Source: an uncultured Pseudohongiella sp. (GTDB lineage: Bacteria > Pseudomonadota > Gammaproteobacteria > Pseudomonadales > Pseudohongiellaceae). From it: a stretch of DNA of 64,000 nt. Below are positions 55,577 to 64,000 of this stretch, piece after piece. The stretch spans positions 17 through 64,016 of the forward strand of contig CAYGRR010000004.1 in assembly GCA_964352295.1 (NCBI GenBank), given 5' to 3'. Numbering within the stretch: position 1 is the first letter of the stretch; each line of letters starts with the position of its first letter. The notes under the pieces were generated by a model, which did no database searches, was not told where the DNA came from, and was given only the letters and a program-made list of their open reading frames with translations. A program made the position numbers and the translations under genes.

Positions 55577-58123
55577 CTAGCTATACACAAACTTATAGTC
55601 TGCCAAGAGATAAGCTACGACTGCCATCCACGCGCGAATGAGGTATTGGCGATCATGCGTCAGACGATCATCTCTCACATTCTTCTCATACAGCTGCGTA
55701 CCATTGAAATCCTTGGTTACATCGCAATCGCTAGGCAAGGAGATGTCTGACCACTCACCACCACTATCAAGAATAATCTGACGACCCCTGTTAAGGCTGA
55801 TCATGAATAACTGCTCGGTAATCTGTAGTTCCTCGGAACCAAGCGGCAGCTCTTCGCCAAGTAGGTAGACATGCAGGTATTGAATGTTCTGCCGAATCCT
55901 TGTCATTACCGCTTCATCCAGCGCGCCAGACTCGCCATAGGGATTCATCTCATGATCCACGAACAGGAATAATTTCCGCTGCTCCTCGGGCAACCAAAAA
56001 TCTCTGGGCACCGCAAAACAAGCCAACTCGTTAGCCATACGCAGTTGCATAGAACCCATCAGCCCATTCGGAGAACTTAGGCGCGTGGTGACACTATCCG
56101 AATCTATGCCACCATAGATCTGATGAAAGGTTTTGCGCAATTTTGAAGTTGAGCTGTTATTAACATCCTTGTAGTAATTGTCTAAGGAACGTCGCCACTC
56201 GAAGCCAAACAGAGAAGTAATTTTCCTATCGAGTTGTTCTGGCGTTAATAGATAGCTCGATCCAGTTTCTGCGTGCGCGACGAGATTTGCATCAGCGGAC
56301 AGACCATCCGCCCGCCAGTAGGGACTCATCAATATCTCCTCTACGAGCGTCTTCAGGCGAAATCCCTCGTTAACGAAACGCGATTGCATATCATTAAGCA
56401 AGGTGCGCTCCGCAATATAGGCATCGATCTCAGCCTGCGATGCGTATGCACTATCGGGTGGCGACAGAGGTTCTTTGCCCGTCAGCCCGTTGACCATAAT
56501 TCTTGTAACCGATCTAGGAAATTTAGGGTCGGTAGCTATCTGGTTGGCCAGCCAGCGCACGGAACTATCGATATTCCCTGCCAGCGGCATCGTCTCCCCA
56601 TTGAACCCTCTCGATTCCATGTCCGTATACCAACCGTATTTACTCAGTCGAGCTGGACGGTATTGCCCTTTATAGTTCCAATTCTGAAATATTGATGCGA
56701 CAGGATCTATCAATGAATGGCACTTCGAACACTCCGGGTTGTTGATAGTCGGAACCGGCGTCGTGATGTCCACAGAATTGCCTGGCCGCACCCCCTCAAT
56801 GGCTAGCACATCCGTATCCAGGAACAGATCGAAAACTACTCGCGCCCTGCCTCTATTTCGATTCGTAGATGTTGTGGGGTAACGATTCAAGAACATCGGC
56901 GATGTCAGTATTCCCGCATGAGGAACACCCTCAAGACGCGCCGGTAGAAATTCATTCTCATCACTTGGATTGCGAAATGGCAGACCACTTATCCCGTAAG
57001 TTCTTGCGGAGAATGGATTCACCATCAGATAGTCGGCCGTAAGCACTTCGGTAAATGGCAGGTCGTTACGCACTACATGATTGATCAGAGCCAGAGGCTC
57101 GCGCGCCACTCCGTCATTCGTAGCACGGCGCTGGTCCGAGTAATTTTCACCTCGGTTGTCTTTGCCCGGATCGAACCAACGCCGATTCGGAAAATCATCA
57201 CTGCTTAGCAGGCTGATCGCTGCCTCAGAACCGTTCCTCGAGTGGTATTTGTCAGTAAGCAGATAGTCATTGAATATTTCCGAAAGACGCTCATAGAACA
57301 CATCCTCAGTCATCATGTTTGATATCGCCAACCGCATACCTTGATCGCCGCCGTTGGCGACCATGCGAAATTCGTCGAGGGAAGGTAGTCGGCCTACAAG
57401 CTGCTGCGCGGCTCTTCTCAGTGCCTCCGAATCAGAGAGCGTACGGATAAAGCCTATGGTCTCTCCGCTTAGCTGCTGATTCGTGCTATTGAATGCGCCC
57501 AGAATATATTCCGCCAATAGCGAGGAACAACTCGCGTCACAGCTGGCAGCCTGACCAAGCGGCATGGTGTCGCGTATGTAATTGCTCAGCACCGATTCGT
57601 TTGTGCAGTTGGCGCATGCCGAGAGCGCAGGATTTCCGGAGACCCCCGCACCGCCCTCGCCATGACAGCTACTGCATTGCTGGGTGTAAAGTGCCAACGC
57701 CTCCTCGGAAGGCTCATACCCAGCCGGTTGTCCGCCACCCTGATGGCCAGGATTCAGATCTACGGCGTCGGCGATCGAGAAGATAAACTGGCCCTCGCTC
57801 GAGATTAGCTGCAGCTGCGCGGAGTAGAGCTTGCCACTCGGCAACTCAATCTCATCAATTTCTATCGCTTGCTGCTGCGCATCGAAGACTCCCGAATTGG
57901 CAATAGTGATTGAAGCCTCTACCACCTCTTCCAGGACAAGCACATATTGCCCATCGAATTCGAGCCGAAAGATTAATTCCATCGCGCCGTAGCCATCGAT
58001 GTCGATGCGAGGCACTGAGAGATAGCCATTGGCCAGCGTCGAACGCCCAGCCAAGGCCGTAGATGAGATCAGTAGCAGCCCTAGAATCAGAACCAATAGA
58101 AATGATTTACGCGACACTGCCAT
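55577..58123 (-). CDS. Large exported protein with cytochrome-c motif, Planctomycete-type DUF1588/DUF1592-like
   Basis: Signal peptide, CSSCH heme-binding motif near residue 150, and a second CSKCHSLIDP motif of the C..CH..DP type seen in DUF1588/DUF1553 families. Lies 5 nt upstream of the DUF1501 gene. Exact family assignment is uncertain. Confidence 0.6.
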   Translation of the reverse strand: MAVSRKSFLLVLILGLLLISSTALAGRSTLANGYLSVPRIDIDGYGAMELIFRLEFDGQYVLVLEEVVEASITIANSGVFDAQQQAIEIDEIELPSGKLYSAQLQLISSEGQFIFSIADAVDLNPGHQGGGQPAGYEPSEEALALYTQQCSSCHGEGGAGVSGNPALSACANCTNESVLSNYIRDTMPLGQAASCDASCSSLLAEYILGAFNSTNQQLSGETIGFIRTLSDSEALRRAAQQLVGRLPSLDEFRMVANGGDQGMRLAISNMMTEDVFYERLSEIFNDYLLTDKYHSRNGSEAAISLLSSDDFPNRRWFDPGKDNRGENYSDQRRATNDGVAREPLALINHVVRNDLPFTEVLTADYLMVNPFSARTYGISGLPFRNPSDENEFLPARLEGVPHAGILTSPMFLNRYPTTSTNRNRGRARVVFDLFLDTDVLAIEGVRPGNSVDITTPVPTINNPECSKCHSLIDPVASIFQNWNYKGQYRPARLSKYGWYTDMESRGFNGETMPLAGNIDSSVRWLANQIATDPKFPRSVTRIMVNGLTGKEPLSPPDSAYASQAEIDAYIAERTLLNDMQSRFVNEGFRLKTLVEEILMSPYWRADGLSADANLVAHAETGSSYLLTPEQLDRKITSLFGFEWRRSLDNYYKDVNNSSTSKLRKTFHQIYGGIDSDSVTTRLSSPNGLMGSMQLRMANELACFAVPRDFWLPEEQRKLFLFVDHEMNPYGESGALDEAVMTRIRQNIQYLHVYLLGEELPLGSEELQITEQLFMISLNRGRQIILDSGGEWSDISLPSDCDVTKDFNGTQLYEKNVRDDRLTHDRQYLIRAWMAVVAYLLADYKFVYS

Positions 58124-58438
58124 GCAGACCTCCTAAAAATGCATCACCGACTTCTCTACAAGTGATGAGCCATTATTAGGTATTTACGCAGGGGAAAGAG
58201 TGTAACCAAATCACATTCCCTAACTGAGAAGTGATCAAAAGAGTTAACCCTGTCACAGCCTAGTAATAAGCCAGACAGTGACGATTCAGAACTTGGCAGG
58301 AAATGGAGGAGATTTGGCTTACGATTATTTGGGCAGAATCTACTTAAAGTAAATTCTGCTCAGAACGCAACTTCTTGTTCTTAATCAGTGACATCCGGCA
58401 CCAAATTAACGCAATAGGTAGCCGAAACACAAGTTCTG

Positions 58439-60613
58439 CTAAGCGACCTGCCCCGACTTCGCATCGCGAAGTTTCGCTATCACTGACTCCATGGCTCTAT
58501 CAATCAGTGGAGCCTCACAGATAACCTTGACGGTTCCGGCCTTCAGCTCCCTTGCCAGACCCATCTTCGACTTCTCGATTACTTTCACGCCCTGCCCGTT
58601 GACGAAGACATATTTCTCGATCGTGTCTATCTTTGCAGCGAGTGTGCAACGAATGGATTTCCCCGACTGCACCTTAAACTCCAACCAAATTCCAATTGGA
58701 TACTTGGACACCTCCACGAGGTGCACGTCATCACTAGGCAGCTTCTCTGGGGGAAGACCTTCATCTGCCGGGACCGCTTCGCTAGAGGGGCTCGCGTTGA
58801 GGTCCGCAGCAGTATTCTGGCTATTCGCAGTCGGCTTCTTGAAACAAGCTTCCTGCACCTTTTGCAACTTAGCGAGGGCCTCTGCTGCCTCATTTGACTC
58901 AATGCCAGCGACTTCCAGTGCCTTGCCAAGGTTGAGCAGAAGCCGCGGGTTCACTTTTACGAATCGCTGCAGATCACCATCTTGCTTCTCGGTGCTCACT
59001 GTCCAGAGCAGAACATCTATGGTGTTCATCACTGGACGCCAGCTAATACCACCAGGGCCCTCTCGGAGCACAACCTGCACGACGAATTTATGGAAATGGC
59101 TAAGCAGAAAATTCCTGGCGAATGGGTCAATGCCCTCATCGAGGATGCGCTCTTCGATCTTATGCAGCGCATATTGTTCGATCTCTTGGATTCGATTCTC
59201 ACGCTCTCCCTCGTCGCGCAGCTGCTGCTCCGCCTGAACATGAGTCCGCGCAGCCTCGTCCTTGAAGAGCAAAAAGTCCTGTAACAGGTTTTCTACTATT
59301 ACAATATCGCCCGCGTAGTCTCGTACCAGGCTAGCTACCAACTCCTGCATCTTTCCATAAACTGGATCTTCGTCCAGCATCTCCGATCCGGTCCAACTAA
59401 TACCTGCGGTAGCGAGCTCGTTAAGCAGTAGTCGCGCTGGATGATTTGCCGAGTCAAAGAACCCCGCATCGTTCAGGGCGATTTTTAGTATTGTTATCTG
59501 CGTTCTGCCTACTATCTCCTTGATCGGTATCGGAACAGTCTTGTCGTTCCAGATCTCCTCATACAAAAAAGTTACCAGATTGATGATATCGGAAGATTGG
59601 CTGTCTACAGCCCGCAGCGTGCTCGCGCTACTTTCTTCTTCCAATAGCTTGCCAACAGATTCGGTGAGATCCTGGGGTTCGGCGCTCTCCTTCCCAGACG
59701 CCAAGGAGGCCTCTAGATTGTTCAGCAGGGTCAGAAGCTGATCCTGCTCTACGACCTCTAGCTTGCGCTTCCCGATCATCATGCCGGATTGGGCTGCCCC
59801 CGGGCGCGCAATGGGCGCGGCTGATTGGGCAGAGGATAGGCCTTGCCCGCCATTCGCCACGGCAGGAATGTTATGCATGAGCTTCTGCATGATGGACAGC
59901 AGCTGTTGGCCCCCAACTGCCGAACTCGAATCCCCAGTGGCGAAGGCTCTGTCGGTTGGGTCGATTTTCTGAGGCCGTGCACTGCGCTTGTTCTTCTGCT
60001 CGGCCCTGGTTCTAGCGGCCATATCGAGATCAGGTAATATCTTGTTATCGATCAGCAGGCTGTTAGCCTCGGTGAGCACCTTCTCGAGATTATGAAATAC
60101 ACTGTGATTGAATTTTCTGTAGGTGATCAGCGACTCTGTTGCGGTCATTCCCAGAGGCCTGAGTGACTCCTTGAATGCCTCGCCGATCTGTTCAGGGTCC
60201 ATTGGATTGTTGGATTCATCGATGCGCGTTCCATAGAACAGGGTATCGAGACGAGTTGTGAAGCTGAGGTATTCGCTGATATCGCAGTTTCGGGCATGTG
60301 AGATCATCCCCTCCATCGCGATAATGGCTTCGAGGGCGTCTTCTTCGACTAGGCTGAGACTGCCATAGTCCAGCACGTTTACTTCTTTCGTGGCGGCACC
60401 TGAGAGCGCGTCGAAATACCCACGCATATTCGCTGCAAAGCGCTCAACTACTGCGCCGCTCTCCTTCATGAGATTGAGATCCCTGGACCGCTTACCCGCC
60501 GGCTCATTCGCTATGGCCACACTCGCGTCCGAAATCGCCTCGGACACTAACGCCGACAAGCTGACAGCCATCGCGTCTCGAACGGTATTCAGAATTTTCT
60601 TCACTTCTTCCAT
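58439..60613 (-). CDS. DUF1631-like large cytoplasmic protein
   Basis: About 724 aa with no TM segments. Size and N-terminal pattern are consistent with the gammaproteobacterial DUF1631 family, recognised from memory only. Start set to the ATG at 60613. Confidence 0.5.
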   Translation of the reverse strand: MEEVKKILNTVRDAMAVSLSALVSEAISDASVAIANEPAGKRSRDLNLMKESGAVVERFAANMRGYFDALSGAATKEVNVLDYGSLSLVEEDALEAIIAMEGMISHARNCDISEYLSFTTRLDTLFYGTRIDESNNPMDPEQIGEAFKESLRPLGMTATESLITYRKFNHSVFHNLEKVLTEANSLLIDNKILPDLDMAARTRAEQKNKRSARPQKIDPTDRAFATGDSSSAVGGQQLLSIMQKLMHNIPAVANGGQGLSSAQSAAPIARPGAAQSGMMIGKRKLEVVEQDQLLTLLNNLEASLASGKESAEPQDLTESVGKLLEEESSASTLRAVDSQSSDIINLVTFLYEEIWNDKTVPIPIKEIVGRTQITILKIALNDAGFFDSANHPARLLLNELATAGISWTGSEMLDEDPVYGKMQELVASLVRDYAGDIVIVENLLQDFLLFKDEAARTHVQAEQQLRDEGERENRIQEIEQYALHKIEERILDEGIDPFARNFLLSHFHKFVVQVVLREGPGGISWRPVMNTIDVLLWTVSTEKQDGDLQRFVKVNPRLLLNLGKALEVAGIESNEAAEALAKLQKVQEACFKKPTANSQNTAADLNASPSSEAVPADEGLPPEKLPSDDVHLVEVSKYPIGIWLEFKVQSGKSIRCTLAAKIDTIEKYVFVNGQGVKVIEKSKMGLARELKAGTVKVICEAPLIDRAMESVIAKLRDAKSGQVA

Positions 60614-60914
60614 ATCAGTTCCCACTCGGGACTCCCGCCCGGCACAATGCTTGTTCTAGGGACCTCTGGAATTAGTTGCATTCGCTACCACAAGTCGCCA
60701 GATTGCACGGGAATGCTACCCTCTGCCGCTATACATGTCGACCGGTAGCACTCTGGATGCCCCCCCATTTCCGATCATCCGCCTGTAGAAGCGACGAGTG
60801 GTAGTTAAGCGCTTTTGTTAAAGAATAAATCCTTCAATTGCTCCATAGCAGATGATAGATTTCGCTTCAGCTTTGAAAACACCAATAATCACCCTCTCGG
60901 GAGTTCCAGAAACG

Positions 60915-62042
60915 ATGCTTTTCCGAAAAATCTCACTTAGCCTTACGTTGACCGCACTGATCACAGCACCCGCTCTAGCGCAAGATACCGGCATCATTGG
61001 CCCCAGCCCCTATGACTTCAACACCGAGACCTGGATGCAACCCTTCGCCGATGAGGGGCTCTCGTGGGGCGGCACTTCCGGCGTCGTAGTCGAGTCCAAA
61101 GACAGAATCTTTGTCCTGCAACGGGGCGAGACGCAGCTGCCAGACCCCATCCCACCGGAATACACCAGCTTCGCCGGCTCCCTAGGTTGGAACGTGCTGC
61201 GTGGGCGTGGGCGAGTCTGGCAAAACTGCATCTATGTTATTGATAGTGATGGAAATTTGCTCGAAGTCTGGAACCAGTGGGATCACCTATTCGCCGGTAC
61301 GGACGGCCCTGGACCACACCGCCTTCGCATGAACCCCTACGATCCCGAGAAGCGTCTCTGGTTGGTCGATGAGACTGGGCACATCATCTATGTTTTTTCT
61401 AACGATGGCTCGCAGTTGCTGATGACATTAGGCGAGAAAAATGTCGCCGGAAACGACGAATATCACTTCAATCAGCCGCAAGATGTAGCCTTCCTGCCCG
61501 ATGGCAAGATTCTGATAGCAGATGGCCTCGGCGGAAATAACCGCATAGTCGTGCGGGATGCGGCTGGCAAGTACTTGTCTGAATTTGGCGAGACCGGCGA
61601 AGGCCCGGGACAGTTTGCGAGCGTCCACGCCCTGGCGATGGGCCCACAGGGCAATCTGTACGTGCTGGATCGAGATTTACTGAGAATTCAAAACTTTAGG
61701 CAAACGGCGGCGCCTGGCTCGAACAATTACCCGACTTACGAGCATGAGGCTACGTGGGCAGACCTTGGCATGCCGCTGGATATTCTGGTAAGCGAAGACA
61801 GCGCCTGGGTTACCGATCTCAATCCACCGAAGATCGTCCAATTCAATCTGGATGGCAGCCGGAGATACACTTGGAACCTGCCAGTAGAAGGGCCACACCG
61901 CTGGATAGAGATGCATTCGCTCTCTGTTGACGCAGATGGCAATCTCTACGGGACCGATAATCAGGCTGGGCGTCCGCAAAAACTGACACCACGCTCCGAC
62001 GCGGATCCAGATCTCATACTAGGCATGCCTTTTGTACCCTAA
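60915..62042 (+). CDS. NHL-repeat beta-propeller protein, peptidyl-alpha-hydroxyglycine alpha-amidating lyase (PAL)-like
   Basis: Signal peptide MLFRKISLSLTLTALITAPALA. Repeats FNQPQDVAFLPDGKILIADGLGGNNRIVV and GQFASVHALAMGPQGNLYVLDRDLLRIQNF match the PAL/NHL pattern. Confidence 0.7.
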   Translation: MLFRKISLSLTLTALITAPALAQDTGIIGPSPYDFNTETWMQPFADEGLSWGGTSGVVVESKDRIFVLQRGETQLPDPIPPEYTSFAGSLGWNVLRGRGRVWQNCIYVIDSDGNLLEVWNQWDHLFAGTDGPGPHRLRMNPYDPEKRLWLVDETGHIIYVFSNDGSQLLMTLGEKNVAGNDEYHFNQPQDVAFLPDGKILIADGLGGNNRIVVRDAAGKYLSEFGETGEGPGQFASVHALAMGPQGNLYVLDRDLLRIQNFRQTAAPGSNNYPTYEHEATWADLGMPLDILVSEDSAWVTDLNPPKIVQFNLDGSRRYTWNLPVEGPHRWIEMHSLSVDADGNLYGTDNQAGRPQKLTPRSDADPDLILGMPFVP

Positions 62043-62068
62043 CAGGGGATTGCTAGAATCTATATAGC

Positions 62069-62122
62069 ACCTCTCCTTCGTTGATGCTGGTTAGCACCTA
62101 CGGGAATTGGCGAAGGAGAGGT
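62069..62122. repeat. Perfect 12-bp inverted repeat with 30-nt loop
   Basis: ACCTCTCCTTCG ... CGAAGGAGAGGT between the NHL gene stop and the cyclase promoter region. No U-run. Confidence 0.8.
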
Positions 62123-62211
62123 CGATGGCATATAAATACACAATCGGTATAATACGCGCTCCTTCTGCTAGCTTTTGATCGAGACGTGATCGGGAGAACC
62201 GACCGCAAGCA

Positions 62212-63300
62212 ATGTCCAAGCATCAGCACAACGCCACCGAAGTATCACAGCAGATTCTGCAGACCCTCAGAGATGACGGCCTGTTAGGCACGTCTGTTGA
62301 AAGCGACGCGAAAATACTAGAACGCCTTTCGGCCGTGCTCGTCTACGCTGGCTTCCCCGAGCGCGACGTTTTAACAAAAAACATTACGATTCTACTCTCC
62401 GATATACGCGGCTTCTCCAATATCGCAGAGTCCTATCCCGCGACCGATGTGGTCTCGATGCTGAATCGTTATTTCGAAGCCATGGGGGACATCATCGCCA
62501 GCTATGGCGGCACCATCGACAAACTGATGGGTGATTCGATTCTGGTAATATTCGGCTTTCCCCAAGAGCAAGAAAGCGATGTTGAGAACGCGATTGCCTG
62601 CGCCGTTGAGATGCAAATGGCAATGAGCAAACTGAATGATGTAAACCGCTCCTTAGACATGCCAGATCTGTACGTTGGTATCGCTATCAATACCGGGTCG
62701 GTTGTAGCAGGCGATCTAGGCTCAGAACACTACCACGAGTACACCATCATCGGCGACGAGGTAAATCTGACCTCGCGCATAGAGGCACACTGTCTGCGCG
62801 GACAAATCCTCATCAGCGAGAATACCTATGCGCTGGCGAAGGACTTCATCGAAGTTGGCAAACCGAACCGTGTTGAAGTAAAAGGCGCCAGAGAGGCTGT
62901 CGACCTCTTCGAACTCTTCGCTACCGAACGACCAAGATTGATGGAAGTGCCCCGGAGGGAAGGAAGAAAAAGCCCTCGAATCAAGGTCAGCATGCCGGTT
63001 GTGTTTCAGAATCTCTCCGGAAAGATCGTGCTTGGCGAGAAATTTTACGGCAATGTGGTCGACATCAGTTATCACGGCCTTCTAGTCGAAACACCTCTCA
63101 AGCTAGGCGAGTCCTCGGAGATCAAGATGGCGCTGTCCCTCGAACTCTTCAGCAATCGAACCACTGATGTCTATGCGCGCATCATCAATACCGAACAGGT
63201 TGGCGACACATTTCGCAGCAGCATGGAATTCACCACCATAGGCACTGAAGGCCTAAGCGCGATAAAGCAGTACGTAGACAATATGGTTGCCACCGGCTAG
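62212..63300 (+). CDS. Class III adenylate/guanylate cyclase fused to a C-terminal PilZ domain
   Basis: Cyclase motifs LLSDIRGFS, KLMGDSILVIFG and GDEVNLTSRIE. The C-terminal PilZ has RKSPR (RxxxR) and DISYHG (DxSxxG). Confidence 0.85.
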   Translation: MSKHQHNATEVSQQILQTLRDDGLLGTSVESDAKILERLSAVLVYAGFPERDVLTKNITILLSDIRGFSNIAESYPATDVVSMLNRYFEAMGDIIASYGGTIDKLMGDSILVIFGFPQEQESDVENAIACAVEMQMAMSKLNDVNRSLDMPDLYVGIAINTGSVVAGDLGSEHYHEYTIIGDEVNLTSRIEAHCLRGQILISENTYALAKDFIEVGKPNRVEVKGAREAVDLFELFATERPRLMEVPRREGRKSPRIKVSMPVVFQNLSGKIVLGEKFYGNVVDISYHGLLVETPLKLGESSEIKMALSLELFSNRTTDVYARIINTEQVGDTFRSSMEFTTIGTEGLSAIKQYVDNMVATG

Positions 63301-63333
63301 GCAATCACCCCACCGTCAGCCTGGAGCGGCGCT

Positions 63334-63846
63334 CTATTTGAGTTCTAGTCTATTGTCAGGGTCTGGCCTAAAAATCAAATACTCGATTTCCCCCTCCAAT
63401 TCACTCCACCAGTGTGCCGTGTGCCCAGGTATGACAATGACATCACCAGGAACCACGCGTCGAGTCACCCCGCCTTCGATTGACTTCGCTCGCAACCAGC
63501 TCGCATTCGCCTCATAGGGCTCTACGAGTGTACCCCCGGTTACCAGAGTAGCAGCCCCTTTTAGCATGTAATAGATCTCGGTGGTGTCCACCAAGTGCAC
63601 ATTCACATCCCCCGTAACCCCATCGGGTCTATACACGCCAAAAATACCTAATCGCATATTTCCCGTGGTCTCCACGACGCGTATGGGAGCGTCACTGACA
63701 CGATCCCTAGGCAAGCCGTCTATAAAAGAGCGAATCTCAGCAGCTGTGACATCGGTCGCCACCTGCGGTGTCGCTGGGGGTAGGGTTTGTGCAACTGCAC
63801 ACGAGCTAGCGAGCACGAACAGTGAGCTTAGTATTCTTATTTTCAT
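63334..63846 (-). CDS. Exported cupin-domain protein
   Basis: Signal peptide MKIRILSSLFVLASSCAVAQ and a cupin-like core (EIYYMLKG...GDVIVIPGHTAHWW). Start moved to 63846. Confidence 0.6.
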   Translation of the reverse strand: MKIRILSSLFVLASSCAVAQTLPPATPQVATDVTAAEIRSFIDGLPRDRVSDAPIRVVETTGNMRLGIFGVYRPDGVTGDVNVHLVDTTEIYYMLKGAATLVTGGTLVEPYEANASWLRAKSIEGGVTRRVVPGDVIVIPGHTAHWWSELEGEIEYLIFRPDPDNRLELK

Positions 63847-64000
63847 CTTAGTCTCTCCAGAAATTCCAGGATTACCAGTTCGCCTCACTTACCTGCCTGA
63901 GAAGCAGTCACAGAGCGCAGATACTGGATTGTGCGAATCACCTACAATTTGTAACACAGTTGGAACAGGGCTTCTCTTATAATTTGATTGAAACGACGCG

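Noticed and set aside
58491-59237. 248-aa ORF antisense to the DUF1631-like gene.
   Set aside because: Ser/Arg/Cys-rich composition typical of an antisense frame. It is wholly nested in a longer, better-supported CDS.
1-64000. Looked for CRISPR arrays, tRNA/rRNA/tmRNA genes, transposases, integrases, phage genes and long direct or inverted repeats.
   Set aside because: None seen. Nearly the whole window is occupied by ordinary-looking CDSs. The only tandem repeat is the 21-nt heptamer array at 35220. This was a visual scan only, so short or degenerate elements could be missed.

Overview
This is a densely coding, chromosomal-looking segment of a Gram-negative gammaproteobacterium. The taxon is inferred from RpoS, an OmpA-type porin, Pseudomonas-style long PstC/PstA permeases and DUF1631. 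I saw no rRNA, tRNA, CRISPR array, transposase or integrase. In order, the window holds: copCD; a phosphorylase / SPL-type radical-SAM / SDR trio; a six-gene GNAT-aminotransferase-reductase-acyl-CoA dehydrogenase operon preceded by a promoter-to-terminator leader or sRNA candidate; a YtrA-type GntR/ABC module; a CoA-transferase; rpoS; a ubiC-like gene; and ompA. A large phosphate block follows: phoR without phoB, convergent phoU-pstBACS, ppk1, and a short ppx. It has Pho-box promoters readable in front of phoR, pstS and ppk. Next is an iron block (bfr, bfd, Fur box, feoAB) with a family-39 glycosyltransferase directly behind feoB. Then come a 7TMR-DISM hybrid histidine kinase, an orphan ExeA/MshM ATPase, cysE, PIN-PhoH2, an AraC plus paralogous-membrane-protein module, ctaA and mltB. 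The window ends with a signalling and unknown-function stretch: PilZ, an HExxH protein, a DUF1501 / cytochrome-c DUF1588-like pair, DUF1631, a PAL-like NHL propeller and a class III cyclase fused to PilZ. The candidates I rate highest for novelty are the cyclase-PilZ fusion, the leader/sRNA at 10.9-11.15 kb, the four-gene membrane module at 45.7-48.3 kb, and the phosphorylase/radical-SAM pair. All family calls come from motif recognition by eye, with no database search. Several start codons were revised from the ORF track using signal peptides, Shine-Dalgarno (SD) ribosome-binding sites and terminators.
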